Positions 49,221-57,044 of a stretch of DNA of 57,044 bases are shown piece after piece. The notes below the pieces were generated by a model. That model was not told the origin of the DNA and searched no databases. It saw only the letters and a program-made list of their open reading frames with translations. Numbering within the stretch: position 1 is the first letter of the stretch; each line of letters begins with the position of its first letter. This DNA is from Blastocatellia bacterium (GTDB lineage: Bacteria; Acidobacteriota; Blastocatellia; UBA7656), in contig DATLWF010000598.1 of NCBI GenBank assembly GCA_035576605.1, positions 1-57,044 on the forward strand. Reading direction: 5' to 3'. The translations under genes and the position numbers were made by a program.

Positions 49221-49318
49221 CTTTGCGTCTTTGCGAGACTTTGCGTCTTTGCGCGAAACTTGCTTTCTCGAAAGAGCCCGTTTCGCGCAAAGACGCAAAG
49301 TTCCGCAAAGACGCAAAG
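49221..49318. repeat. 39-bp-arm palindrome built from CTTTGCG repeats, filling the peptidase-gntR gap
   Basis: CTTTGCGTCTTTGCGAGACTTTGCGTCTTTGCGCGAAAC (49221-49259) pairs with GTTTCGCGCAAAGACGCAAAGTTCCGCAAAGACGCAAAG (49280-49318). There are 2 mismatches and a 20-nt loop. Confidence 0.8.
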
Positions 49319-49323
49319 ACACT

Positions 49324-51351
49324 TCACTGCGCTGCCGGAAAGTGCTTCACATACCAATTGATGCAGCGGTCTATTGAGTCAACTACATGTTTCGATTCCC
49401 GAATACCGTGACCTTCGCGCGGGTACCGAACCATGATCGCTTCCACGCCAACATCTCTAAGCCCGATGTAATACTGCTCCGCCTCGGCGATCGGCACGTC
49501 GTTATCATTCTCTCCGTGCATCAGCATCGTTGGTGTCCTGGCCTTGGCCACGTGTTTCAACGCCGAGCGCTCCCACAGCACGTCCATCATATTACCTTGA
49601 TGCGGAAAGATTCCGAATTCCATCTGCTCATACTGATTGTAGTAAGTCATGTAGTTGTAGCTGATCAGATTTGATATTCCGGCGATGGGTATCGCCGCTT
49701 TGAAGACGCTCGTCTGGGTGATCAGCCAGTCGCTCAGTTGCCCGCCGTAGCTCACGCCCTCAACGCCCAATCGGTCGCGATCGATCCACAAGTAGCGTCG
49801 CATCGCCGCGCTCAAACCATATAGCACGTCTTGCGCTTCGTTGCCGTTCTGATCTCCAAAGACAGCATCGGTGAACGCCTGGCCGTAGCCGGTCGAGCCT
49901 CGATAGTTCACCAGCAAGGTCGCCCACCCGCGCGCGGCATAGACTTGATGCTTGAAGTTGAAGGCTGGTCCCTGCTGGCCGTGCGGACCGCCGTGAATGT
50001 TGACGATCAGCGGGTGCCGCGAGGTTGCAGTCATCCCGAGAGGCCTGGTGAGAAACGCTTCGACCGTATACTTGTTGTCGTTGCTGATGAAGGTGAATGA
50101 TTCGACCTCCGCGATCTGCTTGCCCGCGAGAACATCCGCGTTGAGGTTAGTGATCTTCTTTGTGGCCGTGTTGCCGCTCTTTACAAAAAGCTGGGCTAAA
50201 TCCGCCGGACCTGCGAACGAATAGGCGATCGAGTTGTCGTTCGCAACGGACCACGCTCCGACGGAGCCGCGATCATTAATAATGACTTCGGGTGTTCCGC
50301 CTGCGACAGGCAAACGAAATAAGCGGACATTGCCTCGATCCTGCACGGTGAACAGGACAGCCTTGCCGTCGGCGGACCACGCAGGCGCGCCCTGCCGGTT
50401 ATCGATCATCGAGCTGATCTCGCGACGGTCGCTACCATCCGCGTTGATCAACCAGACGTGAGTGTCTTCCATCGTAGTCTCGAGATCCGTCAGGCCGCGC
50501 TTTGTTGCCTGATAGACAATGGTCTTTCCGTCGGGCGACCATCGCGGGCGATACTCGGCGCTCTCGGTTGAGGTCAACCGCCGCATTGATCCGTCTGAGA
50601 CTTTCAACGTGAAGATGTCATAGTTGAAGAACTGGTCTTCGTTAGGCTCGCGGTTTGAAATGAAAGCGATCTCTTCGCCGTTTGGCGACCAGTCAATCGA
50701 GTGCTCGTAGTGATCGCCGTGGGTCAACTGCCTGACCTGGCCGCTTGCGATATCGACCACAAAGATGTGCAGCCGGCGATTGTCGTTGAAGCGGGTGAAG
50801 CCTTCGCTGTCGTCCGGCTTATAAAGGTAGCGGGTGATCACGACTGGATCGCCGGTCGCGTCTTGAGTCTCGGGGCCAGGCACTGCGTTGACGAACGCGA
50901 TGCGCTTGCCATCGGGGGACCAGGCGATGCTCTTGCCGGTTGAAGGCAGCGGGTTGTTGGTCCCCTGTATTGGTGAAAGGAACTTTGCGTGTGAACCGTC
51001 AGCGTTCGCTGCGATGAGTCCAGACTTATCGCCAACTGTTCCCTCATAGGCTATCGATCGCCCGTCGGGTGACCACTCGGGATTCGAGGACGGCTCTTTT
51101 TCGCCGCCGAGCCTGATCGACTTGTTGTCGGCGACGGTCATGCTCCAGAGCTGCGAGTAAGGCCGGCCGGGTCCGTCATTGTTGATCACCGTGTAGGCGA
51201 GTCGCGATCCATCCGACGAGAATTTCACTTCGCCAACCGAGCGGAGCCGCAGAAGGTCACTGCTTTGAAGCCCGCGGGTCTGAGCGGCAGCCGCGCCAAT
51301 CATTATCAACACCAGCGCAGCGGGCAGAATAAATATTCGAAGTGTTCGCAT
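49324..51351 (-). CDS. S9-family serine peptidase (acylaminoacyl/dipeptidyl peptidase) with TolB-like beta-propeller
   Basis: This is track ORF 49324..51363. ATG 51351 follows GAGGGAA. It has a signal peptide, repeated PD40 blades (…WSPDGRSIAY…, WSPDGKRIAF, WSPNGEEIAF, WSPDGKTIVY, WSADGKAVLF) and the catalytic GVSYGG. Confidence 0.93.
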   Translation of the reverse strand: MRTLRIFILPAALVLIMIGAAAAQTRGLQSSDLLRLRSVGEVKFSSDGSRLAYTVINNDGPGRPYSQLWSMTVADNKSIRLGGEKEPSSNPEWSPDGRSIAYEGTVGDKSGLIAANADGSHAKFLSPIQGTNNPLPSTGKSIAWSPDGKRIAFVNAVPGPETQDATGDPVVITRYLYKPDDSEGFTRFNDNRRLHIFVVDIASGQVRQLTHGDHYEHSIDWSPNGEEIAFISNREPNEDQFFNYDIFTLKVSDGSMRRLTSTESAEYRPRWSPDGKTIVYQATKRGLTDLETTMEDTHVWLINADGSDRREISSMIDNRQGAPAWSADGKAVLFTVQDRGNVRLFRLPVAGGTPEVIINDRGSVGAWSVANDNSIAYSFAGPADLAQLFVKSGNTATKKITNLNADVLAGKQIAEVESFTFISNDNKYTVEAFLTRPLGMTATSRHPLIVNIHGGPHGQQGPAFNFKHQVYAARGWATLLVNYRGSTGYGQAFTDAVFGDQNGNEAQDVLYGLSAAMRRYLWIDRDRLGVEGVSYGGQLSDWLITQTSVFKAAIPIAGISNLISYNYMTYYNQYEQMEFGIFPHQGNMMDVLWERSALKHVAKARTPTMLMHGENDNDVPIAEAEQYYIGLRDVGVEAIMVRYPREGHGIRESKHVVDSIDRCINWYVKHFPAAQ

Positions 51352-51520
51352 TCGTTCCCTCACTTTCCGAAAAGGTCGAAGCAGCGATCGACATACATAA
51401 TTGCAAAGAGCAAGATATACGGAAAGGGAGTTGGGCGGAAGGGGTGTAATTCAAACTGAAACTTTTCCAAGGGGATGCGGTTGACATAAACAGCTCACTC
51501 GTCCACCGGGCAGCGTTCTC

Positions 51521-51809
51521 ATTAACACCCAACTTCAGGTGGTTGTAACATCACACTTCAGTGAGGTGTAACCGCGTAGCGGTGTCCTATCGATAGTTTG
51601 CGTGGTTCGGGCTCTCCTGGGCCGCGTAGCGGTTACCTATGTAAATCGATTCTGCAGAAACATAGGTAACCGCTACGCGGCCCACGTGCCTCGCCAATCC
51701 CGCAAGCTATCGATAGGACAGCGCTACGCGGTTATCCTCTGTTGCGTTGTTGAAGGTTGCCAAATGGAATGTCCAAACTCCAGTCACCTCACTGAAGTGA
51801 GGTGTTAAT
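51521..51809. repeat. three-layer nested palindromic element with ATTAACACC / GGTGTTAAT termini (MITE-like)
   Basis: Layer 1 is 51554-51568 CACTTCAGTGAGGTG with its exact reverse complement at 51785-51799. Layer 2 is 51569-51602 with 51701-51734 (3 mismatches). Layer 3 is 51619-51641 GGGCCGCGTAGCGGTTACCTATG with its exact reverse complement at 51661-51683. The termini are related to those of the 992-1247 element. Confidence 0.8.
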
Positions 51810-51916
51810 CAGAACAAATCAGAACCACATCTTATCCTTGGATAAGTCTCACTTTTGATCGCACCCGGGCGGAAGCTCTTTCTCAGGTGATCTGATTTGT
51901 TGAACGCCGCGGGTTC

Positions 51917-52237
51917 TTAGCCTTTTCGCTTGCGCTTCTCGATCAGCATGTTGAAGGTGTACGTCTTCTCGGTGATTTCCTTCTTGAGCCTGCTTTTCTG
52001 CGCTTCGTCGGAGCTGGCTTCGAGCCGCTTCTTCAGGGCGTCGATATCTTTGAGCATCTCCACTTCTTCCGGCACAAAGTTGTTGCTCTTCAAGATCGAA
52101 TAGGCCATCCTCAGGTCTTCGGGTGTTTCGAAGTAAGCTCTGAGGTCGATGGGCTTGCCTTTGCCGGACAAGTCGTCAAACTCTCCGGCTTCAATGGCCT
52201 TTCTTATTTGCTCGTCCACGAATTTTTCCATAGACAT
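51917..52237 (-). CDS. DUF1992 (DnaJ-homologue subfamily C28-like) domain protein
   Basis: It reads VDEQIRKAIEAGEFDDLSGKGKPIDL......ILKSNNFVPEEVEMLKDI, the pattern I recall for DUF1992. It starts 5 nt downstream of glgC. Confidence 0.8.
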   Translation of the reverse strand: MSMEKFVDEQIRKAIEAGEFDDLSGKGKPIDLRAYFETPEDLRMAYSILKSNNFVPEEVEMLKDIDALKKRLEASSDEAQKSRLKKEITEKTYTFNMLIEKRKRKG

Positions 52238-52242
52238 TCCTG

Positions 52243-53532
52243 CTAGATGACAGTGCCATCCGGTATCACGCCGGTCTTTGGGACGATCACTATCCCGTCG
52301 CGGATGAAGTAACCGTCGCCGTCTAGCTCCGTTTGGTGCGCTTCGTTGAGTATCTGAACTCCCGCTCCAATGCGTGCGTTCTTGTCGATGATGGCGCGGC
52401 GGATGAAACAGTTTGGTCCTATGCCGATTCGTGGATAACCTCGATTTATGTCCGCTTGCAGCTCGTCGAGATTCTGGTAGAAATCAGCTCCCATCATCAG
52501 CACTCCGTCAAGCCGTGAGCCATGCTCGATGCGGCTGCGAATTCCGATGATCGAGTCCGTTATCGTTGCGCCGTTGATGATGCAGCCTTCGGTGATGATC
52601 GAGCTCTGTATGTGACAATCAAGCAGCTTGGACCCGGGAAGGTAGCGCGGCCGCGTGTACATCGGCGCGTCCGAGTCAAAGACGTTAAACGGCGGGAGCG
52701 GCAAAGTCATCTCGATGTTCGCACGATAAAATGCCCCGATTGTCCCGATGTCCTCCCAATAACCGTCGAACAGATGTGCCTGTACGTTGTAGCGCAACAG
52801 CGCTTCGGGAATAATCTCCTTTCCGAAGTCCGCCCCTTGCGGCATTTCTTCGAGCAGCAATCGCCTCAACACGTCTTTGTGAAAGACATAAATACCCATC
52901 GACGCGAGGAAGGGCCGCCGCTCGGCTTGTTCTGGCGTAAGCCCGAGGTGAGTGGTGTCGACCCGCATATGCTCGAGCGCTTCGCCTTTGGGCTTTTCGC
53001 TGAACTCAATAACGCGGCCGGTGTCGTCGATCTTCACCAGCCCGAATTCTGAAGCTTCTTCCGCGCGCGCGGCTGTGACCGAAATAGTCACGTCGGCCTG
53101 AGTTTCCCAGTGCCGCGCGATGAAATCGCGATAGTCCATACGGTAAAGATGGTCGCCTGACAGCACCAGGATCGTCTCGCCCTTGTAATCGTCCAGGTGA
53201 TGCAGGCTCTGGCGCACCGCGTCGGCGGTCCCCTGAAACCAGTCGGGCCGTTCCGGGGTTATCTCAGCGGCGAGAATCTCAACAAAGCCGTTGGTGAAAC
53301 GACTGAAGCGATACGTTCGTGCGATGTGCCGGTTGAGCGACGCCGAGTTGTATTGCGTCAGTATCAAGATGCGCAGTATGTCGGAGTTGATGCAGTTTGA
53401 AACGGGGATGTCGATCAAGCGGTACTTACCGCCCAAGGGAACAGCCGGCTTGGCTCTCTGCCTGGTGAGGGGATGCAGCCTCTTGCCCGCGCCTCCCCCC
53501 AGTATCAGTGCCAGCACCTTTTCCGCCGCCAT
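52243..53532 (-). CDS. glgC: glucose-1-phosphate adenylyltransferase
   Basis: This is track ORF 52243..53574. ATG 53532 follows GGGAGGAA. Signatures are [51 protein letters not shown] and a left-handed beta-helix C-terminus. Confidence 0.95.
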   Translation of the reverse strand: MAAEKVLALILGGGAGKRLHPLTRQRAKPAVPLGGKYRLIDIPVSNCINSDILRILILTQYNSASLNRHIARTYRFSRFTNGFVEILAAEITPERPDWFQGTADAVRQSLHHLDDYKGETILVLSGDHLYRMDYRDFIARHWETQADVTISVTAARAEEASEFGLVKIDDTGRVIEFSEKPKGEALEHMRVDTTHLGLTPEQAERRPFLASMGIYVFHKDVLRRLLLEEMPQGADFGKEIIPEALLRYNVQAHLFDGYWEDIGTIGAFYRANIEMTLPLPPFNVFDSDAPMYTRPRYLPGSKLLDCHIQSSIITEGCIINGATITDSIIGIRSRIEHGSRLDGVLMMGADFYQNLDELQADINRGYPRIGIGPNCFIRRAIIDKNARIGAGVQILNEAHQTELDGDGYFIRDGIVIVPKTGVIPDGTVI

Positions 53533-53620
53533 CCGCGTTCCTCCCGAAGAGATGCCTCGTGCTGCGTGGAGCAAGAGTATAACCGTGGCGCACTTTGTGT
53601 GGAAGCGCGATAGTGACGGA

Positions 53621-53724
53621 TTTTCTATTTTCTATTTTCTATTTGTCATTATTTGTCATTTGTCATGGATTAGGAGCTTCCCTATACAATGACAAATAGA
53701 AAATAGAAAATAGAAAATAGAAAA
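53621..53724. repeat. inverted repeat whose arms are heptamer tandem arrays (TTTTCTA x3 + TTTGTCA ... TGACAAA + TAGAAAA x4)
   Basis: 53621-53665 reads ttttcta ttttcta ttttcta tttgtca tta tttgtca tttgtca. 53690-53724 reads tgacaaa tagaaaa tagaaaa tagaaaa tagaaaa. It lies in the divergent glgC/psuG promoter region. Confidence 0.85.
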
Positions 53725-53787
53725 CAGGTAGGTCGCTTGTTGCTGGCATTGGCGTTGTATAGGATGGTCGCCGCACCATTGAGTCAT

Positions 53788-54729
53788 ATGAATCACACCT
53801 CACGAACTGATATTCGAATAGCAGAGCAAGTTAGTCGAGCAATCGAAGAAAAGACGCCTGTCGTTGCGCTCGAATCAACAGTCATAGCCCACGGTCTTCC
53901 TCACCCGCTCAACCTCGAGACGGCTTTGGCATGCGAAGAAGACATACGACAGCACGGCGCGACCCCCGCAACTATCGGCCTCATCGACGGAGTTCCAACT
54001 ATAGGATTGAGCGAAGACGAAATCAGCCGCTTCGCAACTGGCCAGACGGCGGACGGACGGCGAATTGAGAAGGTGGGACTGAACAATCTCGCAGGTGTAA
54101 TGATGAAGCGCCGCTGGGGTGCGACAACCGTCGCGGCAACGATGCGCCTTGCGCAAGCAGCGGGCGTCCGCGTCTTCTCGACCGGAGGAATCGGTGGCGT
54201 GCATAGAGGAGGCGCTGAATCCCTGGACATCTCCGCTGATCTGACAGCTCTCGGGAACACACCGCTCATCTGCGTGTGCGCGGGAGCAAAAGCCATACTC
54301 GATCTGCCGAAGACGCTCGAGTACCTGGAAACGCTTGGCGTTCCGGTAGTCGGATACAAGACAGAAGAGTTTCCGGCGTTTTATTCGCGCAGCAGCGGAT
54401 TCGCGGTGGACGTAAGAGTCGAAACCCATGACGAAGCGGCAGAAGTTGCTCAGCGTCATTGGCGGATGGGCAGCCACACTGCCGTGCTCGTTTGCGTTCC
54501 GGTCCCCGTTGAGTTTGAAATACCGTCTGCCGAAATCACTGTTGCGACTGATGAAGCCATGGCGCGATCTGCGTCTCATCACGTTCGCGGAAAGGCGGTC
54601 ACTCCATTCTTGCTTTCAGAAATGGAGAAGTTGACTCGCGGGAAGACGCTGACCGCGAACCGCGCTCTACTTGTGAACAATGCCGGAATCGCGGCGCTCA
54701 TTGCTCTAAGTCTGGACCGAGAAGACTAA
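53788..54729 (+). CDS. psuG: pseudouridine-5'-phosphate glycosidase
   Basis: This is track ORF 53737..54729. It reads VSRAIEEKTPVVALESTVIAHGLPHPLNLE, ...STGGIGGVHRG... and KAILDLPKTLEYLETLGVPVVGY. The start (53737, 53764 or 53788) is uncertain. Confidence 0.9.
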   Translation: MNHTSRTDIRIAEQVSRAIEEKTPVVALESTVIAHGLPHPLNLETALACEEDIRQHGATPATIGLIDGVPTIGLSEDEISRFATGQTADGRRIEKVGLNNLAGVMMKRRWGATTVAATMRLAQAAGVRVFSTGGIGGVHRGGAESLDISADLTALGNTPLICVCAGAKAILDLPKTLEYLETLGVPVVGYKTEEFPAFYSRSSGFAVDVRVETHDEAAEVAQRHWRMGSHTAVLVCVPVPVEFEIPSAEITVATDEAMARSASHHVRGKAVTPFLLSEMEKLTRGKTLTANRALLVNNAGIAALIALSLDRED

Positions 54730-54845
54730 ACATACACCAAGGCGGGAATCACTTTGTGCCTTTGTGTTTAGCCTGTTTATCAATATAATCCCTTCGCCCA
54801 CAACACAGTTTCACAAGCAACTTATCGATAACGGAGGCAAGTAAC

Positions 54846-57044
54846 ATGGCTGCAGCATCGGCAAAGCAGATCGAACTGGACCAATCTCATTCAGAGCCTC
54901 GCGCGCGATCACGGCGGCCCTGGCTGCGCATCCTCATTGTGTTGCTGGCCCTGCCAATCGCCGCGTTTGTGGCCCTGGGGCTATGGCCTGTTCAAGCGGA
55001 CTTCGTAGGCGACGGTAACACAGCCGGAGTGGGCAAGGGCGGAGGCGGGCTCGTCCGCCAGTTCCCGAAGATGGTACTGCGCGCCGACAATCCGCTGGCA
55101 ACCGCGGCCGACGACGAGCGCGTCCAGCTTGGGAAGTTGCTTTTCTTTGATCCGATTCTTTCGGGCGCGAACGACATCTCGTGCGCGACGTGTCATCATC
55201 CGGACCTCGGCTTCACCGACGGGCGACCGCTGTCAATGGGCAAGGGAGGTCACGGCATCGGCCCCGATCGCGTCGGTGGATCGGTGGTTCGGAGAGGCTC
55301 GCCGACTCTGTGGAATGCTGCGTACAATCACAAACAATTCTGGGATGGCCGCGCCGAAGATCTCGAAGATCAAGCCAGGGGACCCATAACCACCGACATC
55401 GAGATGAACCAGAACCCCGACACGCTTGTGAAAGAGCTCAAAGATATTCCCGAATACGCGCGGAGATTCGATGACGCGTTCGCAGGCCGTGAGGGCTCGG
55501 CGGTGACGATCGAGAACGTTGTAAAATCGGTCGCCGCATTCGAGAGGACACTCACGGCTAACAACTCGCCATTCGACCGCTTTGTAAGAGGCGAGCTGGG
55601 CGCGCTTACACCCGAGCAGCGGCGGGGGTTCAACTTGTTCCGGTCGGGGCGCACCCGGTGCTTTGAATGCCACGGCCTTCCGACTTTTGCCAACCGCGAC
55701 TTCAAGATCATTGGCGTGCCCGATGCGGATCCTCAGCAACCAGACTACGGCCGCTTCGAGGTGACTAAGGGCGAAGGCAACAAGTACGCCTTCAAAGTCC
55801 CGACCCTGCGCAACGTCGTCTTGAACGCGCCTTACATGCACAACGGACGGTTCAAGACGCTTGAGGAGGTGCTCGACTTCTACGCGGCAGGTGGGGGACC
55901 CGGCGTCGGGTTCAAAGAGCCGAAAGTGGATGACAAGATTCACACCTACACGATCACACCAGCGGAGAAGCAGGATCTGATTGCGTTCTTGTATGCGCTG
56001 GTCGACGAATCGAATCTGCCCGAATTCCCCGCAAAGGTGCCTTCCGGATTGCCCGTCGTGCCGAGGCTCAAGAATCCGGCGCGCGAGCTTGTTGCGAAGT
56101 ACAACGTTGGTTCCTCGGAGGAGGTGATCGCCGATCGTGCGCCTCAAACGATCACCGTTAAAGCGGGTGAGTCGATTCAGGCGGCGGTGGATCGCGCCCG
56201 GCCCGGCGACGTTATTGAGGTTATGCCTGGGATTTATAAGGAGGAAGTGAAGGTTGATCTGGATAACATCACGCTTCGCGGTGTCGGCGGGTCAACTGGG
56301 GCGGTGCCGGGCGTCGTCGCGCGTCCTGTTCTGGACGGCGAGAAGAAGCTCTCGGACGGCGTGCTCGCAACCGGGAGCAACTTCGTCATCGAGAACTTCG
56401 ACCTCCAGCACTACGTCGCCAACGGCGTAGTGGCTCAGCACGCACGCAACGTTACTTTCCGCAACCTGAAGATTGACGACACCGGACTATACGGCGTCTA
56501 TCCGGTGAGCTGCACCGGCGTAAGAATCGACGGCTGCGTTGCAACCGGCATCGCGGACGCCGCGTTGTACGTTGGCCAGTCGCGGGACATCGTCGTTCGA
56601 GACTCTGAAGCCCACGACAACGTAACCGGTATCGAGATCGAGAACTCAGTCAACGCGGTCGTCGAGAACAACTATGTTCACGACAACACCGGTGGGATCC
56701 TGGTATTCATCCTTCCCAACAATCCATCGAAAGTCGGGCACAACTGCATCGTCCGCAACAACCGGGTGATCAACAACAATCATGCGAATTTCGGCAACCC
56801 GAATTCAATCGTGTCGAACGTTCCGCCCGGCACCGGCGTGATGGTGATGGCCGCTGACAACAACGAAGTCACCGGGAACGAGATTCGAGGGAACGACTGC
56901 TACGGCGTTGCGGTGTTCAGTCTCGAAGTTGCTTTTGAGAAGGGCACTGCCTTCGACGTCGGGCCGGTCCCCGAGAACAACTGGATCCACGACAACACCT
57001 ATTCCGACAACGGCCACAATCCGGCGGGAGCGCTGAAGCGCGCG
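54846..57044 (+). CDS. di-haem cytochrome c peroxidase domain fused to a right-handed parallel beta-helix (NosD/pectate-lyase-like) domain; 3' end beyond window
   Basis: It is absent from the ORF track because it has no stop in the window. ATG 54846 follows GGAGG, and the frame is open for 733 codons to the window edge. It has a TM anchor, CATCH and CFECH haem motifs, VPTLRNVVLNAPYMHNG, and then repeated beta-helix turns (…NVTFRNLKIDDTG…, VRIDGCVATG…, IVVRDSEAHDNVTGIEIENS…, VVENNYVHDNTGGI…, IVRNNRVINNN…, EVTGNEIRGND…). Confidence 0.85.
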   Translation, partial: MAAASAKQIELDQSHSEPRARSRRPWLRILIVLLALPIAAFVALGLWPVQADFVGDGNTAGVGKGGGGLVRQFPKMVLRADNPLATAADDERVQLGKLLFFDPILSGANDISCATCHHPDLGFTDGRPLSMGKGGHGIGPDRVGGSVVRRGSPTLWNAAYNHKQFWDGRAEDLEDQARGPITTDIEMNQNPDTLVKELKDIPEYARRFDDAFAGREGSAVTIENVVKSVAAFERTLTANNSPFDRFVRGELGALTPEQRRGFNLFRSGRTRCFECHGLPTFANRDFKIIGVPDADPQQPDYGRFEVTKGEGNKYAFKVPTLRNVVLNAPYMHNGRFKTLEEVLDFYAAGGGPGVGFKEPKVDDKIHTYTITPAEKQDLIAFLYALVDESNLPEFPAKVPSGLPVVPRLKNPARELVAKYNVGSSEEVIADRAPQTITVKAGESIQAAVDRARPGDVIEVMPGIYKEEVKVDLDNITLRGVGGSTGAVPGVVARPVLDGEKKLSDGVLATGSNFVIENFDLQHYVANGVVAQHARNVTFRNLKIDDTGLYGVYPVSCTGVRIDGCVATGIADAALYVGQSRDIVVRDSEAHDNVTGIEIENSVNAVVENNYVHDNTGGILVFILPNNPSKVGHNCIVRNNRVINNNHANFGNPNSIVSNVPPGTGVMVMAADNNEVTGNEIRGNDCYGVAVFSLEVAFEKGTAFDVGPVPENNWIHDNTYSDNGHNPAGALKRA

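Noticed and set aside
49207-49308. A 34-codon N-terminal extension of the GntR ORF. Also the small ORFs 49091..49411, 49095..49361, 49121..49357 and 49131..49322.
   Set aside because: All are translations of the CTTTGCG palindrome in several frames and on both strands. The GntR wHTH begins right after ATG 49206.
55233-56147. A 304-aa minus-strand ORF, the only long track ORF in 54.8-57.0 kb.
   Set aside because: The plus strand carries a 733-codon open frame (54846 to the window edge) with two CxxCH motifs and beta-helix repeats. The minus-strand ORF is its antisense shadow.
1-57044. A search for transposases, integrases, phage genes, toxin-antitoxin pairs, restriction-modification or other defence systems, and for tRNA or rRNA genes.
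   Set aside because: No ORF in any frame showed the corresponding signatures by eye. The many palindromic repeats have no associated transposase in this window, so no autonomous mobile element or defence island is claimed.

Overview
This is a 57-kb chromosomal segment from a moderately GC-rich Gram-negative bacterium. The gene content looks Acidobacteriota-like: several CarboxypepD_reg/TonB-dependent-receptor-like outer-membrane proteins, a TolB-propeller S9 peptidase and di-haem peroxidases. That assignment is inference only. All calls were made by eye from the sequence and the ORF track, with no database search.

About 47 protein-coding genes are supportable.
- 1-2.7 kb: a partner-switching pair (RsbW-like kinase cut by the left edge, plus a STAS antagonist), Hsp20 and a Spy/CpxP-like chaperone.
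- 3.1-6.8 kb: malic enzyme, citrate synthase and a cytochrome c.
- 7-36 kb: a metal/envelope cluster. It holds a CusCBA-like HME-RND operon bracketed by two paralogous 123-aa His/Cys proteins, three TonB-dependent-receptor-like genes, a MerR-led operon, an OmpR/HisKA two-component pair, a PepSY-like protein, a second TolC-MFP-AcrB-type RND system and DedA.
- 36-43 kb: PlsC, a di-haem peroxidase, a ferredoxin-MBL fusion, and aroF and pheA.
- 43.4-44.6 kb: arsC/arsR.
- 44.6-57 kb: a Tat-exported FAD oxidoreductase, several hypothetical secreted or membrane proteins, GntR, an S9 peptidase, glgC, psuG, and a di-haem peroxidase/beta-helix fusion running off the right edge. The two edge-truncated genes are not in the ORF track.

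I saw no rRNA, tRNA, CRISPR, transposase or integrase.

Most notable observations:
1. An in-frame TGA sits exactly at the first-Cys position of a thioredoxin-fold CxxC, in a gene translationally coupled to a heavy-metal-type MerR. This is a candidate selenoprotein.
2. A 40-codon Phe-rich leader ORF, a terminator hairpin and a good promoter lie upstream of pheA-aroF, which looks like classical attenuation.
3. Two 123-aa paralogues (TM helix, His run, HCxxC, C-terminal R-x-PP) bracket the Cus-like operon. The second one precedes a TonB-dependent receptor.
4. Intergenic DNA is unusually dense in structured repeats. There are several families of long perfect palindromes, REPIN-like doublets sharing an ACTGAAGT hairpin core, and heptanucleotide tandem arrays. 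Many of them fill the gaps between co-oriented genes exactly.
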